Source of the DNA: an uncultured Thermococci archaeon
GTDB lineage: Archaea; CAYQAE01; CAYVLA01
Length of the DNA stretch: 55,502 nucleotides
Assembly (NCBI GenBank): GCA_964549615.1
Contig: CAZJVP010000052.1
Span: forward strand, 1 to 55,502
Direction of reading: 5' to 3'
The position numbers and the translations under genes are program-made. Below the pieces are notes generated by a model. It searched no databases and was not told the origin of the DNA. It worked only from the letters and a program-made list of their open reading frames with translations. This document shows, piece after piece, positions 18,751 to 28,815 of the stretch. Each line of letters begins with the position of its first letter. The stretch's first letter is position 1.

Positions 18751-20614
18751 AGATTGGCCCCTTTGGCCAACGAAGCCGATGTTGGCGCGGACTGCAGCCC
18801 GGGCATTCTCGAACCCCGAATGGCTTTTCGAGATCAAGTGGGACGGCGTCAGATGCCTCTTGCACCTTTACTCGGGGAAGATCAGGCTCCAATCCAGGAG
18901 TCTTAGGGACATCACCTGGACTTACCCCGAGTTCACGGATCTTTCCCGCGCGATCAGTGCACGTCTGGCCGTGATCGACGGAGAGATCGTCGCCCTTGAT
19001 GCACGCGGCAAGCCGTCCTTCAGGCTTTTGCAGGGCAGGATCAACCTTACCTCGGAATCCGAGATCAAGAGATTTGCGGCGAGAACCCCGGCAACGATCT
19101 ACGCGTTCGACCTCCTGTACTTGGATGGCCGGATCCTGATGAATGAGAGACTTGACGAAAGGAAGCGCCTTCTGCGGAAGATCCTGGTGGATTCGCCTCG
19201 GCTCAAGTACTCCGACCATATCGAGGCTGACGGAGAGGCCTGCTTTTCGGCTGCCAAGGCCATGGGGATCGAGGGCATCATGGCGAAAAGGAAAGACAGC
19301 CGATACGAACCCGGAGAAAGATCCGGCAACTGGCTGAAGATACGCATCGAGACGAGGGACGACTTCGTCATAGGCGGTTGGACCCCGGGGAAGAGGGGCA
19401 GAAGCCGGTTCTTCGGTGCCTTGCTGCTGGGCCAATACCAAGCCGGCAAGCTCCGCTATGTGGGAAAAGTTGGGACAGGTTTTGACGGGAGGCAGTTGGC
19501 CGAGATCCGCAAGAGCTTGGACGACCTGTCGACGGACGCTCGGCCCTTCGCCGACGACCCCAAGCAACCGGATGCCCGTTGGGCTGTGCCGCGCATGGTA
19601 TGCGAGGTGAGGTTCTCGGGAAGGTCGGACGGCGCCATCAGATTCCCAGTCTTCTTGGGCCTCCGCCCGGACAAGGAGGCAAGAGACGTCCTGCTACCGG
19701 TCGAGCCATCGGTCGAGCCCCCGGAGCGGGTCTCAACGAGGGGACGGGTATCGGTATCCAACCCGGACAAGGTTTTCTGGCCGGCGGCGGGCCACACGAA
19801 GGCCGACCTCTTCGACTACTATATGAAGGTGGCCGACGCAATCCTTCCCCATCTCAGGGATAGGCCCCTGACGTTGTACAGGCAGCCCGATGGCATCGCC
19901 GGCGAGAGCTTCTTCCAGAGAAACCGCCCTGCCTCGGCGCCGGAATGGATAGTATCCAAGCAGATCGAGGGCGACCAGCACGCCGGCGTCGATTCGATAC
20001 TCTGCCAAGATGCCGAGACCCTGGCGTGGCTGGCAAACATGGGCTGCATAGAGCTGCACCCCTGGCTGTCCAGATGGAATCAGCCGGACAGGCCCGACTT
20101 CGTGGTGTTCGACATCGACCCGGTTGCCCCGGCCGGGTACCGCGATGCTTGCAGGGTTGCTCTCCTGTTGAGGGACACCCTGTCGGATGTCGGATTCCGC
20201 ACATACGTGAAGACCTCCGGCAAGCGCGGCCTCCATGTCTACCTTCCGATAAAGAATGAGCTGACTTACGAACAGACCCGATCCTTCGCGGCCCGGGTGG
20301 GCGAACACCTTGCATCCGATCTTGGAGACCGCTTCACGATGAGCCGAAGACCGAATGACAAGGAGGGAAAGGTATTCTTGGACCCAGCGCAGAATGGCTG
20401 GGGCAGGACGCTTGCATCGGCCTACAGCCTCCGTTCAACGCCGGGCGCCACCGTCTCAACCCCGATAACATGGGACGAGTGCGAGTCCTGTGTCGACCCT
20501 GGCAACTTCAACATAAGGTCTGTACCGGAGCGCCTGGAAAAGATCGGGGATCCTTGGGAGCGCATGGCCAGGGATGCGCAACCCGTCCGCCGAATTCTCG
20601 GGCTGGAAGAGTAG
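18740..20614 (+). CDS. ligD: NHEJ DNA ligase D (ATP-dependent ligase plus primase-polymerase domain)
   Basis: EIKWDGVR adenylation motif, IDGEI, FDLL, EGIMAK, WLKI and OB-fold GKVGTGF. Then SNPDKVFWP, RQPDG, IELHPW, VFDIDP, KTSGKRGLH and AYSLR (LigD Pol). Confidence 0.92.
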   Translation: MAAEDWPLWPTKPMLARTAARAFSNPEWLFEIKWDGVRCLLHLYSGKIRLQSRSLRDITWTYPEFTDLSRAISARLAVIDGEIVALDARGKPSFRLLQGRINLTSESEIKRFAARTPATIYAFDLLYLDGRILMNERLDERKRLLRKILVDSPRLKYSDHIEADGEACFSAAKAMGIEGIMAKRKDSRYEPGERSGNWLKIRIETRDDFVIGGWTPGKRGRSRFFGALLLGQYQAGKLRYVGKVGTGFDGRQLAEIRKSLDDLSTDARPFADDPKQPDARWAVPRMVCEVRFSGRSDGAIRFPVFLGLRPDKEARDVLLPVEPSVEPPERVSTRGRVSVSNPDKVFWPAAGHTKADLFDYYMKVADAILPHLRDRPLTLYRQPDGIAGESFFQRNRPASAPEWIVSKQIEGDQHAGVDSILCQDAETLAWLANMGCIELHPWLSRWNQPDRPDFVVFDIDPVAPAGYRDACRVALLLRDTLSDVGFRTYVKTSGKRGLHVYLPIKNELTYEQTRSFAARVGEHLASDLGDRFTMSRRPNDKEGKVFLDPAQNGWGRTLASAYSLRSTPGATVSTPITWDECESCVDPGNFNIRSVPERLEKIGDPWERMARDAQPVRRILGLEE

Positions 20615-20748
20615 CCGACTCGCTTCGCGATCTCGCTCGAGCATGAGGACGCCCCGGCCAAGTTCCAAGGCGATCGATAGCCGCTCCCGACGGCAAACAT
20701 TTCTCAACCCTCGCTAGAGGGCTGCGCGGAAGTTCGCTTGTCGGGAGG

Positions 20749-21429
20749 GTGCGCTTGAAGACCGGCCTTGAGGATATCGTCGGCCTCGTGTTCGACTTGG
20801 ATGGGACCCTTGTGGAATCGTATGCGGCCCACATCAAGTCTTGGATTGCCGCCGTTGCCTCCTTTGGCGTAAGTGCCGAGGAGAAGGATATCCGGCCGCA
20901 TTTGGGCAGATCAAGCGAAGACATAGCACGTGCCCTGCTTGGCGAGCGTTCGCAGGATGTGCAGAAGGCCTTCCGCCTGAAGGACGAGATCTATCTGAAG
21001 ATCCTTTCAACCGAGTTGAAACCGGTCAGTGGGGCCGTGGACACCTTGGCGTCCCTCAAAGCCAGGGGCTACCGCATATCGATCGCTTCCTCGAATCCCG
21101 CGGTCGTCATCACGAGAAGCCTTGAGGCCGTGGGGCTGAACCGACTGGTGGATTCCATCGCGAGCCAAGATGAGGTAACGAGGGGCAAGCCCCAGCCGGA
21201 TCTCCTGCTTCTCTCGGCCAAGAAGCTCGGCTTGGATCCAGGGAAGTGCCTTGCCGTGGGCGACACCGCCTACGACGTCTTGGCCGGAAGGGCCGCGGGC
21301 ATGAAGACCGTTGCATTCTCGGGCGGCGTCCAGGGCATATCCGAGCTGCGCAAGGCAGCGCCGGACCACTTGATACGAGATCTCCGCGAACTGCTCGTCC
21401 TTCTTCCCAGCATGGTCAGGAAAACCTAG
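20749..21429 (+). CDS. HAD-superfamily phosphatase (beta-PGM/Gph-like)
   Basis: FDLDGTLV, ASS, KPQPD and VGDTAYD. Confidence 0.88.
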   Translation: MRLKTGLEDIVGLVFDLDGTLVESYAAHIKSWIAAVASFGVSAEEKDIRPHLGRSSEDIARALLGERSQDVQKAFRLKDEIYLKILSTELKPVSGAVDTLASLKARGYRISIASSNPAVVITRSLEAVGLNRLVDSIASQDEVTRGKPQPDLLLLSAKKLGLDPGKCLAVGDTAYDVLAGRAAGMKTVAFSGGVQGISELRKAAPDHLIRDLRELLVLLPSMVRKT

Positions 21430-22007
21430 ATCCGGTGAAAGAAAACATCCTCCGGGTCCCGGTTTCCCAGTTCCTCCAGGAGAGCCCGCCAGAGTTCCCG
21501 GGCAACCGGCACGAACTCCTCCTTCTCCAACATCCTCTCGAGCCTGGGTCTTCCCACAAATCGCGTCTTCGCCGGATCGACCTCGTCGCTGGGCCTGATC
21601 TTGCCCCCCACCCTCGCCACGAAGCAGTGGGAAGTCTCGTAAGCATCCGGCGAGTAGACGGGCCTGCCGAAAGGTCGTATGAGAGGTCCGTTCCTGTTGG
21701 CCACGGTCACGCCGACCTCCTCCTCCAACTCGCGGGCCGCGTCCTCGAGTAGTGCCCGTTGAAGATCGAAGAGCAGCCCCAGACGGAACGACACATGCCC
21801 TGAGGCGGAGTCCGTGTAGGCCCCCGGGTAGGATTCCCTGGTTGGCGACCTTCGTTGGACTAGGAACCTTCCGCGCGCGTCCATCGCAAGCACTCGGACC
21901 ACGAGGTGGTGTACGCGGTCCTTGTGCGCGCGATCCCTAGACAAAGGGAAGATCGTTCCCTTCGCGCCGATGCAAGCCAAGACTTCCTCCCGGCCGTGGG
22001 TCTCCAA
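21426..22007 (-). CDS. NUDIX hydrolase (YfcD/IDI-like)
   Basis: H.VVRV, QRRS, SGHV and the Nudix box ARELEEEVG. Confidence 0.8.
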   Translation of the reverse strand: METHGREEVLACIGAKGTIFPLSRDRAHKDRVHHLVVRVLAMDARGRFLVQRRSPTRESYPGAYTDSASGHVSFRLGLLFDLQRALLEDAARELEEEVGVTVANRNGPLIRPFGRPVYSPDAYETSHCFVARVGGKIRPSDEVDPAKTRFVGRPRLERMLEKEEFVPVARELWRALLEELGNRDPEDVFFHRI

Positions 22008-22026
22008 CGCACACGCCCTGTAGCCG

Positions 22027-22848
22027 CTAGAGGCTGAGGATCTTGGCCAACGCGGATCCAGTGTCGTAGATCATCTTCGTGGGGAAGAATTTGTAGGCTC
22101 CCAGCTCCGCAACGATGAAACCGTCGTAGCGCACTTCCCTGAATGCCTTCATGACCTCAGGCCAGTTTACGTCCCCCTGAAGGAGGTAGGTGAAACCGGT
22201 TATGTTGCCTATCTTGGTGGAAAAGTCCTTCACGTGGACGCACGAGATGTATTCCCCGAGTACCCGTATCCAGTCCTGGGGGTACGCGAAGAGGAGGACG
22301 TTTCCGACGTCGAAGTAGGCTTTGACATGTTCGCTTCCGATCTCCTCCAAGTACCTCCTGAACTCCAGAGGGCTTAGGAGAAACTTGTTCCAGACGTTCT
22401 CGACCCCGATGTTTACGCCGAGGTCCTCGGCCTTCGGAGCCAACTGCTTGATTGCCTTCTGGGACCTCTCGTAGGCCTGGGCGTATCCGACCTCCTCGGT
22501 GACGACCGCGGGAACGACGAGCACCGTCTTCGCCCCAAGCACCGACGCAGCCTCAAGGCTCTTCTCCACAGCCATCATGCCCTTCTTCAGCGTCGCCGCG
22601 TCCGGCGATGAGAGGGGGTACCTCCAGCCCAGGCCGCTGGCGAGGCTCGGTGCTTCCAGTCCGAAGCTCTCTATCTTCTCCCGGTAGGATCTAATCGTGG
22701 CTTTGGCCGTGTTGAGCGTCAAGAGGCCTTCCTCAGATATCGCCAGCTCTATGCCTTCGAATCCTGCGTCTTTGGTCAGACGGAGCATCTCGTCCAATCC
22801 CGTGCCGCTGGGAAAGCCCCACGCATTCATCGCCTTCTTCATGGGCAT
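22027..22848 (-). CDS. Sugar-phosphate isomerase/epimerase (xylose isomerase-like TIM barrel)
   Basis: GFEGIEL, IGVENVWNKFLLSP, FDVGN, VHVKDF and GDVNW. The likely start is ATG 22848 or 22842. Confidence 0.85.
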   Translation of the reverse strand: MPMKKAMNAWGFPSGTGLDEMLRLTKDAGFEGIELAISEEGLLTLNTAKATIRSYREKIESFGLEAPSLASGLGWRYPLSSPDAATLKKGMMAVEKSLEAASVLGAKTVLVVPAVVTEEVGYAQAYERSQKAIKQLAPKAEDLGVNIGVENVWNKFLLSPLEFRRYLEEIGSEHVKAYFDVGNVLLFAYPQDWIRVLGEYISCVHVKDFSTKIGNITGFTYLLQGDVNWPEVMKAFREVRYDGFIVAELGAYKFFPTKMIYDTGSALAKILSL

Positions 22849-22975
22849 GCCCTCGGGATTGGAGCATAGGTCTGGTTTGAAATGTTTTGCCCAAGGCAGG
22901 GCAGCGCAGGGGTCGGTTGGACGCGGGGAGGATATGAGCCACCATGTCACGGCTTGCAGGCGAGGCCGCGGATCG

Positions 22976-24448
22976 CTAAGGGTTCTTCATCCGCTCCATC
23001 TTCTCGGCTATGAGGCGGTTCGTCAGGATCGGGTCGGCCCTCCCCCCGCTCTTCTTCATGACCTGGCCGACGAGGTGGTTCCTTATCTTGGGGTCAGAAA
23101 AGGCCTGCTGGACGACTGAGGGAAACTCGGCGAAGACCTCATCCACGATCTCCTTCAGGACCGCGATGTCCGTGATCCTCGTGAGCTTTGCCGCCTCGAC
23201 GATGTCGCGCGGTTCCCTGCCGGTCTCGAGCATCTCCCTCATGACCGTCTTCGCTATCTTCCCGCTGATCGTCTTATCGTCTATGAGCCTTAGCATATCG
23301 ACGATATGGCGGGGGGTGATCTTGAGCTCATCGATCTCAAGGCCCCTCTTGTTCAAGAAGCCCAACAGCTCGGTCATGAGCCAGTTCGACACCTTCTTCG
23401 GCTCGTTGTAAAGTCTCACGCATTCTTCGAAGAAGTCGGCAAGCCGCTTGCTGGCCGTCAGGACGCCGGCGTCGTACTCAGGTAGACCGTACTGGGAAAC
23501 GAATCGTTCCGCCCTGGAGTCTGGCAGCTCCGGCATCATCCGTCTGACTGATTCGACCATCTCGCTGGTGATCCGGATGGGCATCAGGTCGGGGTCTCTG
23601 AAGTAGCGGTAGTCCTCGACGGTCTCCTTGGACCTCAATGAGACGGTGATCTTTCTAAGTTCGTCGTAGTGCCGGGTCTCTCTGCCAACGACGACGCCCC
23701 TCTTGCGGAGGCTCTTCTGCCTCGTGACCTCGAAGCCGAGTGCCCTTTGGACTGCCTTGAAGCTCGTGATGTTCTTGATCTCAACCACCTTGCCGCCCCC
23801 GACGGAGATGTTGGCGTCGAACCTCATGGATCCCTCGAGGCTTCCGTCAGTAACGCCCAGATGTTCTACGATGCTTCTCAGCTTCTGCGCGAACAGCCTT
23901 GCTTCCTTCGGTGAGGATATGTCGGGGGCCGTGACTATCTCGCAGAGCGCGATCCCGCTTCTGTTGTAGTCGACCAGGGTCTCAGGGGAAGTTGTGATCG
24001 AGCCCTTGAAGACGTTCCTTCCCGGATCCTCTTCAAGCTGGATCCTCCAGATCCTGATCTTCTTTCTCTGTCCGTCGGCCTTCAGCGTCAGGTAGCCGCC
24101 CCTAGCAAGCGTCCTGGAGCCGTCGGGGGCCTCGTACATCGAGATCTGGTAGTTCTTCGGGAGGTCGACGTACGTGTAGTTCTTCCTGTAGAAGGAGCAT
24201 GTCTCCGGGATTTCGCAGTTCAGCGCGTTCGCAATCATCAGCCCGAGCTCAAAGGCCCTCCGGTTTGGCACGGGAAGCGTTCCCGGAAGCCCAAGGCATA
24301 CCGGGCAGACGCTCGTATTAGGCTCAAGTCCCCTGTAGTCGGCTGAGCAGCCGCAGAAAAGCTTGGTTTTAAGTTTGGTAAGCTGGACGTGGCACTCGAG
24401 CCCGATCTTGACGTAGTCTTGGTCTTCCCCCGAAGCGATATTCTCCAT
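22976..24448 (-). CDS. gatB: Asp-tRNA(Asn)/Glu-tRNA(Gln) amidotransferase subunit B
   Basis: IGLECHVQL, TKLFC, CPVCLGLPGTLP, RKNY.Y.DLPKNYQIS, EEDPG, DYNRSG, DANIS, DYRYF and a C-terminal YqeY domain. Confidence 0.96.
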   Translation of the reverse strand: MENIASGEDQDYVKIGLECHVQLTKLKTKLFCGCSADYRGLEPNTSVCPVCLGLPGTLPVPNRRAFELGLMIANALNCEIPETCSFYRKNYTYVDLPKNYQISMYEAPDGSRTLARGGYLTLKADGQRKKIRIWRIQLEEDPGRNVFKGSITTSPETLVDYNRSGIALCEIVTAPDISSPKEARLFAQKLRSIVEHLGVTDGSLEGSMRFDANISVGGGKVVEIKNITSFKAVQRALGFEVTRQKSLRKRGVVVGRETRHYDELRKITVSLRSKETVEDYRYFRDPDLMPIRITSEMVESVRRMMPELPDSRAERFVSQYGLPEYDAGVLTASKRLADFFEECVRLYNEPKKVSNWLMTELLGFLNKRGLEIDELKITPRHIVDMLRLIDDKTISGKIAKTVMREMLETGREPRDIVEAAKLTRITDIAVLKEIVDEVFAEFPSVVQQAFSDPKIRNHLVGQVMKKSGGRADPILTNRLIAEKMERMKNP

Positions 24449-24516
24449 TCGCCACTCGTTCGAACCGGTTCAAAATAACCTTTATATGTGTCTCCAGGGA
24501 AACGACGCGCCAAACA

Positions 24517-25275
24517 GTGGTGTGCTTGGCCTCGGGGGTTCTACTAGGGGATATTGGGGCGAAGGTACTCCTGGGGGTCGCGATGTGCACGGCCCTAGCG
24601 TACGGCGGCTACAAGAAGAAGGCGCTGGATGCGAGCGGCGCGGCGCTTTCATGGATTTTCGGCTTTCTCATAATTCTCCTTTGCGACGTATCATGGTTCC
24701 TGCTGATCCTCATTTTCTTCGTGTCCGGGGCTGCTGCAACGAGGTACAAGTACAAGGCGAAGGAGAAGCTGGGCGCAGCCGAGCAGAGGTTGGGGATGCG
24801 CTCGTGGGAGAACGTTCTGGCAAACGGCATGTCGCCGCTGCTCTTCGTGGTCTCCGAGTTCCTACAACCGGGGGCCATCTTCCTTGCCGGTTACCTTGGA
24901 GCTGTCTCAACGGCAATGGCGGACACGCTGTCCAGTGAGATAGGGCTGACCAGTAAGAGCCACCCCTGGCTGATCACCACCTTCAAGAGGGTGAAGCCCG
25001 GGACGCACGGGGCCATATCGGTAAAGGGAACTCTCGCCAGCCTAGTTGGTTGCGTGGCGCTCGGTTTCGTTGCCTGGGTGCTAGGAATGGAGACCGACTG
25101 GAGCTTTCCCGTGGTGATGCTGACCTGCGTGGTGGGCGGGATGGTGGGATGCACCCTCGACAGCATCCTTGGGGCGGTCTTCGAGTTGAAGGGGAGGATG
25201 TCGAACTCTCAGGTCAACCTCGCCTCCACCATCGGTGGCGGCATCGCGGCAATGGCCGCCTTCCTCGTCCTCTAG
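24517..25275 (+). CDS. DUF92 / TIGR00297 membrane protein
   Basis: Multiple TMs; RSWENVLANG, ADTLSSEIG, PGTHGAIS..GT, DSILGA and VNL. Confidence 0.88.
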   Translation: MVCLASGVLLGDIGAKVLLGVAMCTALAYGGYKKKALDASGAALSWIFGFLIILLCDVSWFLLILIFFVSGAAATRYKYKAKEKLGAAEQRLGMRSWENVLANGMSPLLFVVSEFLQPGAIFLAGYLGAVSTAMADTLSSEIGLTSKSHPWLITTFKRVKPGTHGAISVKGTLASLVGCVALGFVAWVLGMETDWSFPVVMLTCVVGGMVGCTLDSILGAVFELKGRMSNSQVNLASTIGGGIAAMAAFLVL

Positions 25276-26330
25276 CTCGACTCCATTATCGCATCTGCAA
25301 CGAAGATGGACTTCGAGGGCGAATAGGACTCGACTTCCCGAATGGTTTCAAGGGCAAAGCGGCCGACTGAGCCGAGTTCGTCCTGGATCTGGCGTCTTGC
25401 CGCTGATCTTGTCGCAAGCCTGTAGTAATGCAGATGGCCTCCAGGCTTGAGTGCGGCGCACGCCGATCGTAGGAACTCAAACGATGACTCCGGGAGGTTC
25501 ATGATTATCCTGTCGAACTTGCCAACCTCTTTCGCGATCTGGGGAACCAGAATCCGCGAGTTGCCCTGCCTAGCGGATACCTTCCAGGCGCGGTTAAGCC
25601 GGATGTTCTCCAACAGGTACCTGACGGCATCATCGTTCTTGTCGACGGCGTAGACCCTGGCGGAGTCGCGCCGAAGCGACTTTGCGATGGAGATGGAGAA
25701 CGGCCCGATCCCCGCGAACATATCAAGCACCAGATCGTCATCCTTGGCAAGACCTGCAACCCGCGCACGTTCACCAGCCAGCCTTGGGTTGAAGAAGACT
25801 TTTGCCAGATCGAGCTTGAATCGCAGCCCGTTCTCGGCGTGTATCGTTTCCAGGGACGGCTTTCCTGCCAGTATCTCTAGGCCCCTGAGCCTCCTTTCTC
25901 CCGAGATCGCTGAGACCTTCATGGCGACCGTCTCCACGGGGGCCCAGGATAGAAGAGCCTCACCTATCTCATGCTTTCTCCCGAGAAGGGGCGGGGGCAG
26001 GGCGATCACCAAGATGCGCCCGATGACGTCGTATGACCGTCCCATGAGGGAGATGTCATCCTTGGATAGAATTGCGCCGAGGGCCTCCTGAAGGCTTCTT
26101 GGCCGAGCTGGCCTGGGCTCGAATTCGCATCTAACGAGCTGTGAACCGGGGGGACAGATGCCGGCCAAACGGTCCCCGTCGACCTGTTTCAGCGGGAAGA
26201 TCAAGTCTCCGTCGCGCCTGATGATCCTCCTTGATCCGTCAAGAAGGCCCAGTGAGACTAGGAGCCTTCGGCACCTCTCGCCCTGGCTGCAGTTAACCAT
26301 CAATCCGTTCGGCCTGCAGGTCTCGTTCAT
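25272..26330 (-). CDS. trm5: tRNA (guanine37-N1)-methyltransferase Trm5/Taw2 family
   Basis: SYDVIG, HAENG..F.LD..KVFFNPRL..ER, DMFAGIGPF and DRIIMNLP. Confidence 0.88.
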   Translation of the reverse strand: MNETCRPNGLMVNCSQGERCRRLLVSLGLLDGSRRIIRRDGDLIFPLKQVDGDRLAGICPPGSQLVRCEFEPRPARPRSLQEALGAILSKDDISLMGRSYDVIGRILVIALPPPLLGRKHEIGEALLSWAPVETVAMKVSAISGERRLRGLEILAGKPSLETIHAENGLRFKLDLAKVFFNPRLAGERARVAGLAKDDDLVLDMFAGIGPFSISIAKSLRRDSARVYAVDKNDDAVRYLLENIRLNRAWKVSARQGNSRILVPQIAKEVGKFDRIIMNLPESSFEFLRSACAALKPGGHLHYYRLATRSAARRQIQDELGSVGRFALETIREVESYSPSKSIFVADAIMESS

Positions 26331-26480
26331 CTTGGATGCCCTTGTCGTTGCGCGTTAATAATCTTGGTCAGGAGGAAGGGAGACCGAGCAGCCTTCCCTG
26401 GACTGGGAAACCAAAAGGCAGATGGATAAGAGATATATTCGTTCATCCGGGCTTGGTGAGCGGAATCGGAGAAGGACGGC

Positions 26481-27764
26481 TTGTCGACCTTGGCCATGAA
26501 GGCGAGGACGGACGATCTTGCAACCGAGCTTAGGCATCTGGCGAAGGCCGAGAATATCTCCGCCCGCAAGCTCTCCAGCCTGATAGCGACGGGCAGGGTC
26601 GTGGTCCTGCGGAGTTCATTGAGGGCCGATGTTGTGCCGGTGGCGATCGGGGAAGCCATGAGCGTCAAGGTAAACGCCAACCTTGGCACCTCGATCGACA
26701 TCAGCGACATCGATGAGGAGATGGCGAAGGCCAGGACCGCCCTGGAGAGCGGGGCCCACACGCTGATGGACCTTAGCACGGGTGAGGACGCCGGATCCCT
26801 CAGAAGGAGGTTAATCTCTGAGTTCACCTGCCCGATCGGCACCGTTCCCATCTACGACGCCGCCTTGGAGGCGCGGCGGAAGGACGGCAGCTACGTCGAG
26901 CTCGACGAGGACCGGATCTTCTCCTCCGTGGAGAAACATGCCTCCGACGGAGTCGACTTCTTAACCTTACATGCGGCTGTCACGAAGAAGACCGTTGAAG
27001 CTTTGAGGAAGTCGGGCAGGATACTGGGGGCGGTCAGCCGGGGAGGCGCCTTCATTGCAGCCTCCATCATACATTCGGGACGGGAGAATCCCCTCTACGA
27101 GAACTACGATTATCTGCTCGATCTCGCCGCGAAGTACGGGTTCACCATAAGCCTGGGCGACGGCCTCAGGCCCGGATGCATCCACGATGCTTCGGACAGG
27201 GCCCAGCTGGAGGAGCTGATGCTTTCGTCCGAACTGGTTAAGAGAGCCAGGGAGCGCGGCGTACAGGTGATGGTCGAGGGGCCTGGGCATGTTCCCCTAG
27301 ACCAGATAGAGGCAAACGTTAGAATCGAGAAGACCGTGTGCGATGGAGCTCCCTTCTACGTCCTTGGCCCCCTCCCGACTGACGTGGGGGCCGGATATGA
27401 CCACATAACTGCCGCGATAGGCGGGGCTGTTGCGGCCTGGGCGGGCGCGGACTTTCTTTGCGTCGTCACCCCGGCCGAACATCTATGCCTTCCCAGCGTA
27501 GAGGACGTAAGGCAGGGGGTGATCGCCGCACGCATAGCCGCCCACTGCGGCGAGGTGGCCAGAGGGAGGGGGCGGGACTGGGATGATTCGATCTCAAGGG
27601 CGCGAAAGGACCTCGACTGGAGGAGGGTAATGGAGCTCTCGGTGGACAGGCAGGAGTCCGCTAGGCGCCGGTCGGCCAGGCCATCGCACGATCCTCGGGT
27701 CTGCAGCATGTGCTCGGACCTGTGTGCGATCAAGATCCTCGATGACTATCTGCGGGGTGCCTGA
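26481..27764 (+). CDS. thiC: Phosphomethylpyrimidine synthase ThiC (short archaeal form)
   Basis: KVNANLGTS, MDLSTG, GTVPIY, SRGG, SLGDGLRPG, MVEGPGH, GYDHIT and C-terminal CSMCSDLC. Confidence 0.9.
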   Translation: MSTLAMKARTDDLATELRHLAKAENISARKLSSLIATGRVVVLRSSLRADVVPVAIGEAMSVKVNANLGTSIDISDIDEEMAKARTALESGAHTLMDLSTGEDAGSLRRRLISEFTCPIGTVPIYDAALEARRKDGSYVELDEDRIFSSVEKHASDGVDFLTLHAAVTKKTVEALRKSGRILGAVSRGGAFIAASIIHSGRENPLYENYDYLLDLAAKYGFTISLGDGLRPGCIHDASDRAQLEELMLSSELVKRARERGVQVMVEGPGHVPLDQIEANVRIEKTVCDGAPFYVLGPLPTDVGAGYDHITAAIGGAVAAWAGADFLCVVTPAEHLCLPSVEDVRQGVIAARIAAHCGEVARGRGRDWDDSISRARKDLDWRRVMELSVDRQESARRRSARPSHDPRVCSMCSDLCAIKILDDYLRGA

Positions 27765-27778
27765 ACGAGGTGGTTCGG

Positions 27779-28804
27779 TTGAGCAAGATCGGAGTCTCGG
27801 TTATCGGCGGAAGCGGCTACACGGGGGCGGAGTTGCTGAGGATCTTGGCGCGGCACGAACGCGTCAAGATACTTCATGTGACCTCAAGGGAACTTTCCGG
27901 AACGCCCGTCGCGCAGAGGCTGCCGAACCTCAACTGGTTGGACTTGGAGTACGAGATGCCGATCCCCAAGGAGCTCTCCGATTCTGATGTGGCGTTCGTA
28001 TGCGCTCCCCACACCGCTTCCATGGAGATAGTGCCCCAACTGCTGGAGCATTGCAGGGTCGTGGACATCTCGGCCGATTACCGGCTCAAGGACAGAAAGC
28101 TCTACGAGACGATATACCAGGTGAAGCACACGAGTCCCGAGCTTGAGTCGGTCTACGGCCTGCCCGAGCTCCACCGGGAAGAGATCGCTGCAGCCGATCT
28201 GGTGGCCAATCCAGGATGTTACCCGACCGGAGCAGTCCTGGCTCTGGCCCCGCTCGTTCGAGAAAGGTTGATCGAGGACGACAGAATCGTGATAGATGCG
28301 AAGTCGGGTAGTTCGGGCGCTGGGGTGAAACCGTCCGCGTTCACCAGCCACGCGGAGTGCGCCAACGCCGTCAAACCCTACAACGTGACCAACCACCGCC
28401 ATACCGCCGAGATCGACCAGGAGCTATCCTTGGTTGGGGGGAGGAACATCACGGTGAACTTCACGCCCCACCTCGTGCCGATCCCGCGGGGCATCTTGAC
28501 GACCTGCCACACCTTTCCAACCTCGAGCTTGAGCGAGGAGGAGATCCGGCGTCTGTATCTCTCCTTCTACAAAGATTGCCCGTTCGTCAGGGTCAGATCC
28601 GAAGTGCCGGACCTTCGTGGCGTTCCAGGGTCCAACTTCTGCGACATAGGCTTCAGCCTTGACCGGAGGACGGGGCGGTTGGTAGTCGTGTCCGCCATCG
28701 ACAACCTGACGAAGGGCGCATCCGGCCAGGCCGTCCAGAACATGAACATCATGTTCAAGTTCCCTGAGACCCTCGGGCTGGACTCCCTCGGCCTGTACCC
28801 GTAG
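27779..28804 (+). CDS. argC: N-acetyl-gamma-glutamyl-phosphate reductase
   Basis: GGSGYTG, DISADYRL, YGLPE, ANPGCYPT, SGSSGAG, HRH and DNLTKGASGQA. TTG start after GAGGTGG. Confidence 0.95.
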   Translation: MSKIGVSVIGGSGYTGAELLRILARHERVKILHVTSRELSGTPVAQRLPNLNWLDLEYEMPIPKELSDSDVAFVCAPHTASMEIVPQLLEHCRVVDISADYRLKDRKLYETIYQVKHTSPELESVYGLPELHREEIAAADLVANPGCYPTGAVLALAPLVRERLIEDDRIVIDAKSGSSGAGVKPSAFTSHAECANAVKPYNVTNHRHTAEIDQELSLVGGRNITVNFTPHLVPIPRGILTTCHTFPTSSLSEEEIRRLYLSFYKDCPFVRVRSEVPDLRGVPGSNFCDIGFSLDRRTGRLVVVSAIDNLTKGASGQAVQNMNIMFKFPETLGLDSLGLYP

Positions 28805-28815
28805 GTGGTCGATCG

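Noticed and set aside
21426-22007. Type 1 isopentenyl-diphosphate isomerase
   Set aside because: The catalytic Cys motif is absent (DSASGH), so it is kept as a generic NUDIX hydrolase.
26331-26480. TPP riboswitch upstream of thiC
   Set aside because: The conserved CTGAGA and ACCTGA...GCGTAGG elements are not present.
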